The notes: generated by a model not told the origin, from the sequence alone. A DNA stretch of 64,000 bases from Convolutriloba macropyga (GCF_964194025.1 NC_134468.1:42594001-42658000), one strand, 5' to 3'. Counted from the first letter of the stretch, positions 25,346-39,527 are shown. Translations and numbers: made by a program.

Positions 25346-26738
25346 TGCCTAGTGTGCTATGTGCTAGCTGGCCTGTTGAATGTCTTATTGTTATCTCAGG
25401 AACTGCTTATTGCACTACGTTGATTTGGTATTGCTGTTATGGCCTCTTTCTATTATAAATTAAATACCTCATATCTTAACATGATTTGTAATTCATTGTT
25501 AAGAAGTCTTGTTTTTTGCTTTAACTGTTCATATGTTATTTCCGGTGGAAAATGGGATTAAGTTTCAGGGTGCACTTAGTGCAATGCATAGTGCTCGTTA
25601 ATCGTTCTCAAAAACTTTTTAGTTTTCAATATTTTATGGAGAGTTAAAAGTTATGCTCTGGAATAAAACTGCTATTCTTCGGGCTATGTGGGTCTTTCTT
25701 GGTTTCATGTGACCATTTAACTTTTCTACTCTAGAAAAGTGATAAACTGGTAAAGCCCGAGGGCAGTAGGTCTGTTCAGTTATCTTAAAGCTCTACTACT
25801 CTCTAATTAAACGTTGAGTATACGTTCCATCGAAACTGCTGAGGAAGTTTTTTCCTGATTTGATGGTCCATTCCGGGCCTCCTCCTCCCACTAATTGCAC
25901 TTTTGGAGACATAAAATTGCATGGGCATTGCAATCGAGCAACAAATGTGCTGTAAATATGCTTAGCTCAATATTAGCTCAATTAAATAAGTTAGTTTAAC
26001 TTAGCATAAACCAGAAAAGAACTAAGTACCATGCGTCAATTAGCCTGCAAAAAGACAACAGAGGCCTTCAGCTAGACTCCAGCACTAACAGATGTCAGCA
26101 ATACTCTCTATATACGTATGTTAATCAGCTCTCAAAAGTACTAAAGATTGCGTGCTAACGTTTACCGAAAGAAAGACCATAACTTTCCAGTCTTAACTTC
26201 AAGAAAGTTATTTTTTATTTTATTTGATTTTTGGGAGAGCTTCTTGAAAAATAAGTTTAAAACAGTCTCAGTAGCTGAAATAAATCTAGAAAAATTCTTC
26301 TGGCCTTTTGTTCGAAAGAGGAATAGCAGCCTCGCATAGAGGAGTTCTGCAGGGACTTTTGATTTTAAAGTTATAATATTGAAGTTTTGCAGCGTTTTCC
26401 CTATGTTAATGTTAGATAGAATCAAGTTGTATCCTTGCTCAATTGCTATTAGAGCTGTACAATCATTACTTCTATCTATCTATATGAAAAATCTGCGGAA
26501 AGTTTTTGAAGCATAAACTATCCTAAAAGTTGACTGAAACTTCTTAATACTCAACTCATGATGCTGCTTAATTGCTCTCGAATAAGCAATTATTCTAAAC
26601 GTGTGTCTTTTCGATGCACATTTTTTGGTTTCCCTTCTCGAGTGACCTTTTAACTCGACTTTCTGAATTTTTTCAAGGATTCGAATTGCTCGCATTAAGT
26701 TGCTTAATATAAAGCTATTTTGAGCTATTACTGAACAT

Positions 26739-26800
26739 GGTTCGTGTAGCTTAGTTGTTAATGTCACTGATTCTTGTTCGGGGGTTCGAACCCCAGCCTT
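26739..26800 (+). mobile_element. tRNA-derived SINE head / tRNA-like relic
   Basis: A-box-like TAGCTTAGTTG followed ~25 bp later by B-box GGTTCGAACCC; no complete cloverleaf. Confidence 0.4.
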
Positions 26801-28667
26801 GTCGGAAGTATTTGAACCCATATAATTTTCTGTGGCCTCTACCACCTCTAAAATACATATCCCCGACGCTCGTTCGAGAGCACTTCGTCCGGTTTATGTT
26901 CCCTAGTTCTCGAAAAAATTTTAAGACTGACGTATAATCATCTGTAGCGCGGATAAACATTTCAAAGTAAACAGGTTTTCTGTGCCGTAAGTTTTTCGAA
27001 AACAAATGCCTTACAAATAAATCGAATTCCTAATTCCTCAATGTAAAACAGCTTCAATAGATTTAGGTTCCAATTGATTCAAAATATTTTTACTTCAAGG
27101 CTCAGTGAAGCTGACCTTTAAATGAAGCTTTTACTTCTTTTCACCCCGATTAATTTAACCACCAATATTTTAACACATTGTATATTCAACCATCAGTCAT
27201 TTCATCCCGCAGTTCTTTTGCCCCGAAATTTATTTAACACAGAATTTTGTCATCTATTTTGTCGTCCAAACGAAGAATTAGCAGAGCTAAGGTGGTAAGG
27301 ATTAAAATAGCAAACTATTGCCCTTCAAGAGAGCGGCATTCAACATTTTACGTTTGTTTGAAATTGAAGAATAACGACGAGACAGGTTTTAGCTCACTTC
27401 CTTTGATCGAAAAAGAAAATTTGACAATAAAATTTCTTTATTTTGCTCTTTGATTTGAATCGAAAAAGTTCAAAAACTGTCTGAGTCAAGAGGACGGAAA
27501 GCTGCTAATCTCCAAATGAAACCATCTACGCTAAACTTCAAAGCTACTTGTATAGCAAGCATAAATGAACGAATCAAAATTAAATGTAACCTTGCGTAAA
27601 GTTCACTGAAATCCAGATTGATATGTGCTAGCAGCTATGCTGTGCAGGTTTCTTTTCTAAATGTTGCAAAACTGTTTTACCAACTTGGAGCCCATCATAG
27701 GGTTAGCTCGCGGGATCAATTTCCTCAATGAGTCGTACTATGGGGCTTCGCCATAACTTCGTGACAACGCAAGGAGGGCGCCACCGTAAAAGTATCAAAT
27801 TGCTTTTCAATTGTAATATAACTTTAAATTATTTTAAATACATGAGTAAGACAAACTGGCAGCACCCGGAAAGACGAGTGTCAGTCTCTTCCCTTTAAAT
27901 TTCACTCAAGTTCTAAGCCCTTCCTTTCAATTTCATACTTTTTGAGGGTATTTTTCGGCCGAGGCTTTAAAAAATTTCATTTTTTGCTCAGCATTGTCTT
28001 TTTGCAATTTAACCAAAATTTTCTAAACTCCATCATCAGCTCAAAAGCAATAATTGTTCTTGCAATGCACGCTTCTGCTGCTTCTTTGTTTCCAGGTTTT
28101 TTTGAAGGAATATGGGAGAACTGCTCAACAGGGGACACTTAATATACTTTAATTGAATATATAAACAAAGCTTGTTTTTTTTCAGATTGATTATTATTGA
28201 TTTCCCAACCCCACCAAATTTTATGTTTTTCTCTTTGGACATAACCGGACCAGAAACCTGCATTATCAGATTTTATTCAACCCTAATTATGAAAATAACA
28301 GATGCATGACTTACCGATGAAAAAATATGCTAGCGCCGATACTTAAAGTATGAAAACAACGCGCGCACCAAAATTGAAAGAAATGACTGATTAATTTTTT
28401 AGTAATAATGAAATAATTTTTGAAAAATTAGACCACATGTGGAGCTATCAGACTCTGGAGCGCTTGCTGGTTACTCAATGTGGTTAATTTTAAGATCGAC
28501 GATTGTTGAACTACGATTGATAACGATTAATGACTACGATTTACTGAAGAAAGGAAGGAAGGACTTGTTTGAGAATAAAGTTCCCATAGTATGAGCAAAA
28601 ATCTGTATAAGGATTGAAAGCTGTAGTTTTCAACGTTGAATTTCAGTTCGAAAATGGAATATAAGCA

Positions 28668-31344
28668 AAACAAGGCGGCTCGGTAATGTGCAATGGCACA
28701 TAAGGTTCCGACCCCGCCCATCCACAATTTTGGCATAATTGTCTACCAAATGAGGAACAGATAGAAAAACCCAAAAATTATTTTTTGCGAATCCCAAAAA
28801 AGCCCAAGTCTTTTTCAAAAAATTCTGTATGAACGATAAGATAACCTCCAAAACAAATAACTCAGTGGAGTAAAAATTGATACATTAGATTGCTGTAATA
28901 TGTCAATATTAAGAAAGCGAGTCAAAACGAACAGCAAAATCAAACAACAACAACAACAAACATTAATTACATAGAAAAATTTATGTCCCTCTTAAAAACT
29001 AAATTTAATAACAAAGTCAACATACTGTCAGATAAACCTGAAACTAAACAAAAATAACTTATAAATCACCAGAAAACATATGCGACCAGTCCATAAAAAG
29101 GTTTGGTAACAATTATACAAAAAAGAACAAAAACAGAAAAGTAAAAAAAATTAACTTATTTTTTTGAAACAATTAACTTCAAAGTAATAAATACCATTAG
29201 GAATAAATTAATATTACCACAAATTTGCGATTACCACTGCTTCTATAGAAGGGCATTAGGACCTGACCTTATTCATTTTTTAGAGCGGCTAAAAAGAACA
29301 ACAAAGAACAAACAAAATTTCAATTGAAACTTGCCAGAAAACGCTGTCAAAACCGTCAAGCCAAATTTTGGCACTCAAAATATATTTGATTGCGCCTTCT
29401 TCAAACAGCTATAATGTAGTACGTGGCCATTCATTAGTAAGACTAGGTAACAAGTAGACAAAAAAGCGAAGTGCTAAAGTATGTAATACTTTTAATTTTT
29501 TTTTTCGAAACAAAATTACATTCAATGTCATGAAAGGCATTCATTACAAAAAGAGCTATTTAAATATCGTCGATTTTTCATGAAAAGGAAACCCTCGAGA
29601 CCTGTAATTATCCAGAATATTTCTTGCATCTACAAAAGGAACGTCAAATATGACAAAAATGAAATTAATTTAATTTTTTTTGTGAAAAAGCGGTGTCGAA
29701 GCCAGTAAGGTCATAACAAAATCTTTAAAAAAAAGATTTTGGGACACCAATCCCTTTTATTCCCTTGACACCCATAATGTCATATTTGACCTGTAATCAA
29801 CTAACGAGATTAAGTAACAAAAAGAAACATAAAAAGAACAAAATTGCGAAAGTAAAAAGTTTTTTTTTAATTTTGGAAAACGATGGGTTTGAAAGTCATA
29901 AAAGCCATCAGCTATCTGCTAATATCAGAATATCGGTTTTTCTATTCTTCCATGAAAAGCAAATGAAAGCTATCACTATACAGGAAATTTCATACGACCG
30001 AAACGAGAAAGTATAAATGACAGTTAAGACAAAATTAAAAAATTCAATTGATTTCTTCAAGAAAGAGGCGTCGAGGCCATTAAAACGATGATTTATATCT
30101 TTCAGGATTTTAATATGTTCAATTGTGCTTTAATTTGAATGCTAATAAGGTGACATGAGAACTGTCAATAATGTGATAATGTAACAAAATTAGAAAACGT
30201 GAAAAACTGGCAAATATCAAAACAAACAAAAATCTAAAATCTTGTAGTATCAAAGCCAGAAAACAATAATTTCAGGCTTAAAACTGCAACCGAGAAAAAA
30301 TGTTAACTCAGTAGAAAGAAGAAGCAGTCTTTTTTTGCTGACACTAATTTGGAAGTTGAACAAATTAAGAAAAAAATAGAGGAAAAGTTAATTAAGCCAT
30401 TATTTATTGAAAAGTCAATTATTTTGAAAAAAGAAACGACCATAAACTTTCAATTAAAAAACTATATGCATTAGCCTGGAGTTGTTTAGCAAGCGAATTG
30501 GTTGGACCTATCACTCCTGAGCTTTGATTTGATATGTTCTGTTCTTTATTATTAAAAAAAAAGTCTTTTTTTTTAAAAAAAAAGACCGACTGATTACAAC
30601 CCGATTTTTTTGGATTGTAACAGTCCAAGAATGGCCCAAAACTACCCTGTTAATACTTATTGTCCGTTAAGAACAATTGATTTTTCGAATGTTGTAGATA
30701 TAGATAATTTCTGAGTTGAAACTCAAAATAAATTTTGCATTTTTGATAATCAACGAGTAAAGTTAGCAAAAAACGGCAAAGTTTTAACTACAAGGCACTC
30801 TCTGCGGACTCTGAAGTAGAAATAACCCCCCTCTGAGTCTACAAAGATTGTATGAGTGTTGTTTGGGGGTGTACGGTAGGCAAATTTAATCAAAGTGGAC
30901 TAAAGTAGCTTATTTCGTGCTGTTGTTGATGAAAAAGGCTAAATTTTGAAATGTTTATCCAGATTTTTTGACCAAAAAATTAAATCAAAACAATCAAAAA
31001 TGCTTGTTCGTCTTCAAAAATAAAATCAAAGACACTATTCTTAAAAATTATAACAAATTTTAGCAAAATTGACGAAAATTTAGGCAAAAATTCCGGAAAA
31101 TGTGAATAAAAACAACGTGAATTTACTCTTCTTTTCTCAGAAGTTTAAGCCTCGATAACTCCCTGTAGAAAACGAAAATTAAAAAAATCTTTTTAATTCC
31201 ATATTCTACGCTGGACGAGCTTTCTAATGATACCAGTCTCAACTCTCTACGATGAATATATCGAGCGGCGAAAATTCACTGAACAAAAAAAAAAACCCAG
31301 TTGAGTATATAGTTCCTCCCCCCTCAAGAGGGTCGGAACAACAA
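28668..31344 (-). mobile_element. Non-autonomous Helentron-type element (HINE/DINE-1-like), copy A, ~2.68 kb
   Basis: Sub-terminal inverted repeat GTTCCGACCC (~28705) / GGGTCGGAAC (~31330); internal IR GTTCCTCCC near the right end; hairpin ATGTGC-AATG-GCACAT and AACAAG terminus at the left end; A/T-run insertion site, no TSD; no coding capacity. Confidence 0.75.
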
Positions 31345-31396
31345 GATAGCCTGTGACAAACAATATAATTTTAATTTCAAGTATTCGCATTGCCTA

Positions 31397-32004
31397 TCAA
31401 TTTTCGGATGTAATCTTGAAAGCCAGAAAATGTCGAATGTCGCTATATGGACTGTATCCGAAAGCCAAGTAGTCGTATCTGTAACTCCAAATGAAATCAA
31501 AGACGTCACCCAAACTCAGAGATTGAAATCTCTTCAAGTCATATGAATTCGAATCGTGAGAGTTTTTGCTCAAATTGTAGTCAATTTTATTATGAATAGT
31601 GGTCAAATAGTTGATGATGAAATTCATATCTGCTGAGTAAGTTTCACTTCGAGCGATAAAAGTTAGGTTTAATTCGCACGGTCTACATGTAGAAAGTTGA
31701 TCAACAAAATGATTGTCAGATGTTAAATATGACGACAAAGTCTGGAAATATTTGCCCAATGTCATATTTGGACCATCAAGATATCCGGTTTGAACAACTT
31801 TGTTGAAGTAGCCGGAAAGAGCCCTGTTGAAAGGAGAACGTGTGAACATGAATCGGATGTTGTACTTAGAGTATTTTGAGGGGTTATGGATGACGTCCAT
31901 CAAGGTCCTTTTTGGTACTGCCTCGTCGAAATAAGGGTGAATATAGGATTGTTCTGAATTGTTATGACGCAGTGGCCAGAAGATCTTCCCTCGACTGGTG
32001 GTGC
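31397..32004 (-). CDS. Carbohydrate sulfotransferase (Sulfotransfer_2/CHST8-14 family), exon 2
   Basis: Acceptor TTTTAG|GC at 32005/32004; completes K-T-G-T-T-S 5'-PSB motif; 3'-PB motif FTRSPFNRALSGY, CRPC..FIARSET, Y.YDYLAFGY. Confidence 0.88.
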
Positions 32005-32830
32005 CTAAAAATTTCTCCAGATCGCAACTATTAAGACCTTGAACGTTTTGTTTTTCTTTTTAACGTGGAAAGCATGCACGTGAGTGCTCAACAAAATTAA
32101 GGCTAAAATATGGCAAACTGGCAAAAACTATATCGTGAATTGACAGATTTAACTCTGAAAGTCACTTGAAAGTTGTAACCAATGTACATAATCGAGAGCA
32201 AACTTGAAAAATAGCAGTTAAATACGGAAATGAAAAATTTTCTCACTCCTCCAGGCACCGAAAATCCAAAAATTGTTTGAACACTGTTTTATTAATAATT
32301 TGTCAAATTAGTATTTGTTCCATTTGCAAAAAATTGAGTAGTCAAATTTAATTTTTAATTAACGTCAAAGCTCACCAAAGTGTGAAGAGATGCTGAATAA
32401 CTTAACAATACAAGCGCTGAAAAGCCATCCAACGAACCGTGCCTAAAAGGGATTGACGTTAGAGGTGTAAGTTGGCAAAAAATTCTTGAATTGGATGCTG
32501 CTTAACTAATATGACGCGAATGATTTAGGGAAAATCAACTTTTGAAAGAGCTTCTGTTGATGTTCTCAACAATTTGCCGACTCACCAAATAGCCAACCGA
32601 CCTAAGATGCTGGCTGAAAATAGGTAAAATGGCATAACTGACCGTTTTTGAACCGCATTTTCTGGTATTGGCCGTTATTGATTATTCATTTCTGACCCAT
32701 TGCGCTCCTAATACAAAAATTAACCGAAACAATAGATCGAAATTGACTAGCATAATGTCTCCATAAGTTTCTAAGGCACATTTCGGCGTGACAAGAAACA
32801 GTATCAAACTTTTGAAACGAGCCTTTTAAC

Positions 32831-35513
32831 AAACAAGGCGGCTCGGTAATGTGCAATGGCACATAAGGTTCCGACCCCGCCCATCCACAATTTTGGCATA
32901 ATTGTCTACCAAATGAGGAACAGATAGAAAAACCCAAAAATTATTTTTTGCGAATCCCAAAAAAGCCCAAGTCTTTTTCAAAAAATTCTGTATGAACGAT
33001 AAGATAACCTCCAAAACAAATAACTCAGTGGAGTAAAAATTGATACATTAGATTGCTGTAATATGTCAATATTAAGAAAGCGAGTCAAAACGAACAGCAA
33101 AATCAAACAACAACAACAACAAACATTAATTACATAGAAAAATTTATGTCCCTCTTAAAAACTAAATTTAATAACAAAGTCAACATACTGTCAGATAAAC
33201 CTGAAACTAAACAAAAATAACTTATAAATCACCAGAAAACATATGCGACCAGTCCATAAAAAGGTTTGGTAACAATTATACAAAAAAGAACAAAAACAGA
33301 AAAGTAAAAAAAATTAACTTATTTTTTTGAAACAATTAACTTCAAAGTAATAAATACCATTGGGAATAAATTAATATTACCACAAATTTGCGATTACCAC
33401 TGCTTCTATAGAAGGGCATTAGGACCTGACCTTATTCATTTTTTAGAGCGGCTAAAAAGAACAACAAAGAACAAACAAAATTTCAATTGAAACTTGCCAG
33501 AAAACGCTGTCAAAACCGTCAAGCCAAATTTTGGCACTCAAAATATATTTGATTGCGCCTTCTTCAAACAGCTATAATGTAGTACGTGGCCATTCATTAG
33601 TAAGACTAGGTAACAAGTAGACAAAAAAGCGAAGTGCTAAAGTATGTAATACTTTTAATTTTTTTTTCGAAACAAAATTACATTCAATGTCATGAAAGGC
33701 ATTCATTACAAAAAGAGCTATTTAAATATCGTCGTTTTTTCATGAAAAGGAAACCCTCGAGACCTGTAATTATCCAGAATATTTCTTGCATCTACAAAAG
33801 GAACGTCAAATATGACAAAAATGAAATTAATTTAATTTTTTTTTGTGAAAAAGCGGTGTCGAAGCCAGTAAGGTCATAACAAAATCTTTAAAAAAAAGAT
33901 TTTGGGACACCAATCCCTTTTATTCCCTTGACACCCATAATGTCATATTTGACCTGTAATCAACTAACGAGATTAAGTAACAAAAAGAAACATAAAAAGA
34001 ACAAAATTGCGAAAGTAAAAAGTTTTTTTTTAATTTTGGAAAACGATGGGTTTGAAAGTCATAAAAGCCATCAGCTATCTGCTAATATCAGAATATCGGT
34101 TTTTCTATTCTTCCATGAAAAGCAAATGAAAGCTATCACTATACAGGAAATTTCATACGACCGAAACGAGAAAGTATAAATGACAGTTAAGACAAAATTA
34201 AAAAATTCAATTGATTTCTTCAAGAAAGAGGCGTCGAGGCCATTAAAACGATGATTTATATCTTTCAGGATTTTAATATGTTCAATTGTGCTTTAATTTG
34301 AATGCTAATAAGGTGACATGAGAACTGTCAATAATGTGATAATGTAACAAAATTAGAAAACGTGAAAAACTGGCAAATATCAAAACAAACAAAAATCTAA
34401 AATCTTGTAGTATCAAAGCCAGAAAACAATAATTTCAGGCTTAAAACTGCAACCGAGAAAAAATGTTAACTCAGTAGAAAGAAGAAGCAGTCTTTTTTTG
34501 CTGACACTAATTTGGAAGTTGAACAAATTAAGAAAAAAATAGAGGAAAAGTTAATTAAGCCATTATTTATTGAAAATTCAATTATTTTGAAAAAAGAAAC
34601 GACCATAAACTTTCAATTAAAAAACTATATGCATTAGCCTGGAGTTGTTTAGCAAGCGAATTGGTTGGACCTATCACTCCTGAGCTTTGATTTGATATGT
34701 TCTGTTCTTTATTATTAAAAAAAAAAGTCTTTTTTTTTTTAAAAAAAAGACCGACTGATTACAACCCGATTTTTTTGGATTGTAACAGTCCAAGAATGGC
34801 CCAAAACTACCCTGTTAATACTTATTGTCCGTTAAGAACAATTGATTTTTCGAATGTTGTAGATATAGATAATTTCTGAGTTGAAACTCAAAATAAATTT
34901 TGCATTTTTGATAATCAACGAGTAAAGTTAGCAAAAAACGGCAAAGTTTTAACTACAAGGCACTCTCTGCGGACTCTGAAGTAGAAATAACCCCCCTCTG
35001 AGTCTACAAAGATTGTATGAGTGTTGTTTGGGGGTGTACGGTAGGCAAATTTAATCAAAGTGGACTAAAGTAGCTTATTTCGTGCTGTTGTTGATGAAAA
35101 AGGCTAAATTTTGAAATGTTTATCCAGATTTTTTGACCAAAAAATTAAATCAAAACAATCAAAAATGCTTGTTCGTCTTCAAAAATAAAATCAAAGACAC
35201 TATTCTTAAAAATTATAACAAATTTTAGCAAAATTGACGAAAATTTAGGCAAAAATTCCGGAAAATGTGAATAAAAACAACGTGAATTTACTCTTCTTTT
35301 CTCAGAAGTTTAAGCCTCGATAACTCCCTGTAGAAAACGAAAATTAAAAAAATCTTTTTAATTCCATATTCTACGCTGGACGAGCTTTCTAATGATACCA
35401 GTCTCAACTCTCTACGATGAATATATCGAGCGGCGAAAATTCACTGAACAAAAAAAAAAAAAAACCCAGTTGAGTATATAGTTCCTCCCCCCTCAAGAGG
35501 GTCGGAACAACAA
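32831..35513 (-). mobile_element. Non-autonomous Helentron-type element, copy B (near-identical to copy A)
   Basis: Direct repeat of 28668-31344 differing mostly in homopolymer lengths; same termini; different flanks. Confidence 0.78.
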
Positions 35514-36567
35514 TCAAGAGGATGCCACCGCCCAGACGACCAAGTCAAAGAGCACCCCTGAATACGAATTCCCCAAACAGGAAAAAAGGCATGATTGATG
35601 ACGTAACTAAAGAGGAACGGGGTTTTTAAGGCTTAGACGTCGCACGAGCAAGAAGATCGCACGAGCAAAATACTTAACTACGCTAAATTCTTACCTTACT
35701 GGCCATGGAAAGAGATTAACCTGATAGAGCGTTACCCTTTGAACTTGTTACGGTGTAACTGCTTCTGATGAGTCTTCCATCAGGATCATAAACTAACAAA
35801 CGAAAATCCGTTTACTCTTAAGAGACCAAGAAAAATTTGACAAGTGAGTTAGTGAAATCAGCTAAGAAGCTTCCAGTAAAGTCCAATTTCCCATACTTGA
35901 ACTTGAAAAATATGGCACCAAAAAAAATTCGGAATGAAAACTGTCATATCCATACCAGAGCAGCTATTTTTTTTAAAATGCGCTGATATTCATTGATTTG
36001 AATGCCAAATTAATGGAGAAATTGCAGATTTTGTAAAATAAGGTTTCATTTTATGTGATGAAACGTATCTTTTCATGCAAATTGGCAGATTCTTTGCATA
36101 TATCCGCGGCACATGTCTTCCTGTGCCTAATTTAACGTCGACATAAAATTTCTGGTTGATGCCAATTTTTAAAATAAATTTTAAGCAACTCCTCTCAAAA
36201 ATAGTTTTGCATCATTGGTTATGTTTGTCTTCACAAAAATATCATCAACATTATAAATTCTAATGTTTTTGCTGCAGTTTGAGTTTCATACCTTTTTGAA
36301 AAGAAATCATTGCTTTAAAAACAAGGCAAGACTTTCCCAATGCCTTGAAAACTGTTGTTTGGTTCTTGGGAATTCAAATATCCTATGTTGACCTGGAAAA
36401 ATGTGGAAATCTAATTTATAGCGTTAACTTGGTGTGGATAACGCCCTGTTGGTTTTTCTTGTTTGACAACAGTCAAACATTGCAAGATACTTTCAAAACA
36501 GACAGAGTTCTTATATTTTCCCAACGGGAATAGACAATTTTGGAAGGAAGTAAAAATCTTAAGCCTT

Positions 36568-36731
36568 TGTAGTAATAGAGGCTGGCTAGAGGTATAACGG
36601 GGGCGGGGGTGACGGACATTTTTTGCAACATTTTTACAAAATTTGGCGTCCCTACCCGTTGTAAAAACGTCGTTGCAAAAATGTCCCCCCCCCCCCCCCC
36701 GTTGTACCTCTAGTCAGCCTCTATTACTACT
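36568..36731. mobile_element. 164-bp foldback MITE / solo hairpin with Polinton-like (T)GTAGT...ACTACT ends
   Basis: ~70-bp imperfect inverted arms (GTAGTAATAGAGGCTG...CAGCCTCTATTACTAC) around a ~20-nt loop; flanks AGCCTT / GGCCTC (4/6 match). Confidence 0.75.
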
Positions 36732-37479
36732 GGCCTCTTCCCTCAACTCCTGATATTTTCACAACAGTTTGACAATTTTGACAGTAGCAATCAAAGGCGT
36801 TTTCCCGTAGCTTCTGTTAAATGCCCGATGGAAGCTGGCAAATTAAGTGCGAGTTAACGGGGATAACAAAGCTCACAATATTTTTAGTATCAACCGTTTC
36901 GCGGCAATTGTATCAACCCGTTTCGCGGCAATTGCAACCAGGAATTTTAGATTAAACTCCATGGGTAGTGCATCCAACCAATCGAAATGCAAGATCTACC
37001 AACTTGGTCATTTATGCATCTCCTGAATAGCCCTTTCGAAGAGCCACGCACTGGAATTCTTCCAGCTTCCGTCGACGACATTTCAACACCAGTTAGTCAA
37101 AACGGTCTTCTCAATGATGCTACGAGTTTCTTGGAAAATAAAGTTGCAGTTTAAAGAGATACATAGCGTCTTGGTTTACCATGCTGAAAGAGACAGTAAC
37201 TCTTTGCTGATATAAGAAAAAAAATGGTTTTGAAGTACTAGTTCACATGATTTTTCATCTAGATTTTGTTGGCCATGTTGAGTTTTGATTTAATTTTCCC
37301 ACTCTTCCAAAAGAAGACTTGAGGCTTCAGAAACAGTATATCAAACCGTCAAAGTTATAAAAGCCGGCATTTTCGCCTCCCTGTTCAATAAATGTGTTGC
37401 AGTTGAAAAATTTGCACATGCGTTGTAACTCTTGTACGTGCGAAAAATTTGCACATGCGTCGAGGTGGCCAGACCGAAG

Positions 37480-38305
37480 TAACCTCTGATCAGAGCATCT
37501 TCGAGCGCACACTTGTTCTCGGTGCGCTCAAATTACTTGGTCTGGAAGAAACTTCGGGCGCACATTTGTCTGGACATTGGCCTGTAACTTGTCCGATCAG
37601 AGGTCTTTTCGGTATGGGACGGTCTGGCCAGAGGCAATTTGGAGCGCACACTAGTCTGATCAAAGGCTTATTCTAGCGCACGCTAGTCTGATCAGAGGCC
37701 GATTCAAGCGAATTCTTTCTTCAAGTTTTTTGGTCATTTTACTGACAGATATTGTCTCTGCCAAGAGTCAACAATACAGCAGCATTCTGATCAGAAACTT
37801 ATCGATAGTCTGATGGGTTGATCAGAAAGAAAGGGTCCAGCCGATAGCAATTACCTGTCCCATTGTGAGAAGCTCTGGAATAACTGTAGATCAAGACGTT
37901 ATTATGCAAAACTGTCTAAGTTTATCTATTCAGTCAAAAACATAAATTAATGGCATACTCAAAGAATTTTTTTGGCACGTGGGTTTTCTTTTCATTAGCA
38001 ATACTCTTAGAACTGGCTTTTCCTCAGTTGAATATGTTACTGAAAACATCAGTTTTCATGAAATTAATACATAATAACAATACTGAGAGAATTGATCGTT
38101 TTCAAATCCATTATCGGATCAGACTTTTTTGAACGCACTTTAGTCTGATCAGAGGCAACTTCGAGTGCACTTAAGTCTGATCATGGGCAATTTAGAGCGC
38201 ACTTCAATCTGATCAGAGGCAACTTCGAGCGCACTTCAGTCTGATCAGAGGAGGTTGTCGAGCGCTTTTTAAGCGCTCATGGAGCTCACTATAGTCTGAT
38301 CAAGT
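37480..38305. repeat. ~31-bp minisatellite-like repeats (TCTGATCAGAGGCAACTTCGAGCGCACTTCAG)
   Basis: About 5-6 tandem units at ~38130-38305 and degenerate units at ~37480-37710. Confidence 0.7.
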
Positions 38306-38511
38306 TAGTCGCAATTTTGATATGATTTTTGATCACATGTAAAAAGTAAATTCATGATGTAAAACTGATGTTGACGTTTGTAACCTGAAACTAAAACATG
38401 CTAAATCAACAAGTAAAGCTTAAACAGAAATAGAAAGTCAGAATACGACCAAGGAAAAGCCAACGTCGTGTTCAGAAGAGAGATACTATTTAAAAACTCA
38501 ATAAAACCTTT

Positions 38512-38640
38512 AGTAGTGGATAAAACAAGGGATTCAACCACCAGCAAAATTTGTCCCTTTCTCCTAACGCTAATCGTGCATGTCGAATCGGGCCAAATTT
38601 TACTGTTTGTTGAACCCCCTTGTTTTATCCACTACCATAT
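38512..38640 (+). repeat. Left TIR (itself a hairpin)
   Basis: Reverse complement of ~55398-55525 with ~4 differences; first ~49 nt pair with last ~49 nt. Confidence 0.95.
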
Positions 38641-39125
38641 TCACCACTATAAATACATACTACACGCACAACTTTGTGTACAAGAATGTACATAGCTAGT
38701 ATAATTTATGCAATTCATACACTAATATCCAAAAGTTCTCAAAGCTAGATTTAAGCCTAATTTCATATTTAATATGCCAAACTATACTGAAATAAATCAG
38801 GTTAATCATCTCACAAAGTTTTTTTTCAATAGAATCGGATGGATTGAAAATAACTCAAAATTGCGTAGAACTGGATAATAAGAAACAAGTTTCTTTAAAA
38901 TTTTGACTTTAACCAGGAGACGATTGATCTATGATGTTTAACTGAGTGATTCTATGTACCTGGTTACATTTTTGAGCCGAGTCTTGGGAGGTCTTGTTAA
39001 AAGGTTGACTCGTCTTTACCACGCTACGGCAGTACTGCTCGACCTTTCTAAATGGCAACTGTGGGGGAGGGTGCAACTACAGAATGCTTGAGGGTAGTCC
39101 AATATTGAATCTGTCCAATATTGAA

Positions 39126-39527
39126 TTAAATCTGTCCAATATTGAATGAACAAGCAGATAAATATTCCGGCACATTCACTTCAAACTTGTCCATTGTTTC
39201 CTGATGCTCGTAACTTAGTAGGTCCTTCTTGAACTTGGAGAGGAACAACTGGAAGAGTTCTGTTTTAGTTCGTTTTCCAGTCTCACTTTCATGTTCGGCG
39301 GTGTTGTCGGGTATGCATTTGTTCTCCTTACAAAATGTAATCATTTGATTTGTTAAATTAGTCAACTCGTTTATATTTTCTTCAGATAAAGAAGTGGATG
39401 ATAAAGCTCCAGTTATTAAAGTCTCGTCAAATGACAAAAATTGTTTAAAATTTTTCGCTAGTTCTTGTAGTGAAGTGAAACTCATGATGAATAGCCAAAA
39501 AATGCCGTGGAGAATAAAGGTCCCCAC
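39126..39527 (-). CDS. Polinton hypothetical protein
   Basis: 133-aa ORF (probable ATG at MSFTS) inside the element; no recognised motif. Confidence 0.45.
   Translation of the reverse strand: MGTFILHGIFWLFIMSFTSLQELAKNFKQFLSFDETLITGALSSTSLSEENINELTNLTNQMITFCKENKCIPDNTAEHESETGKRTKTELFQLFLSKFKKDLLSYEHQETMDKFEVNVPEYLSACSFNIGQI

Noticed and set aside
26739-26800. Functional tRNA gene
   Set aside because: A/B boxes present but no convincing acceptor or anticodon stems
38130-38305. CRISPR-like appearance of 31-bp repeats (and of 50760-51005)
   Set aside because: No unique spacers, no cas genes, eukaryotic context
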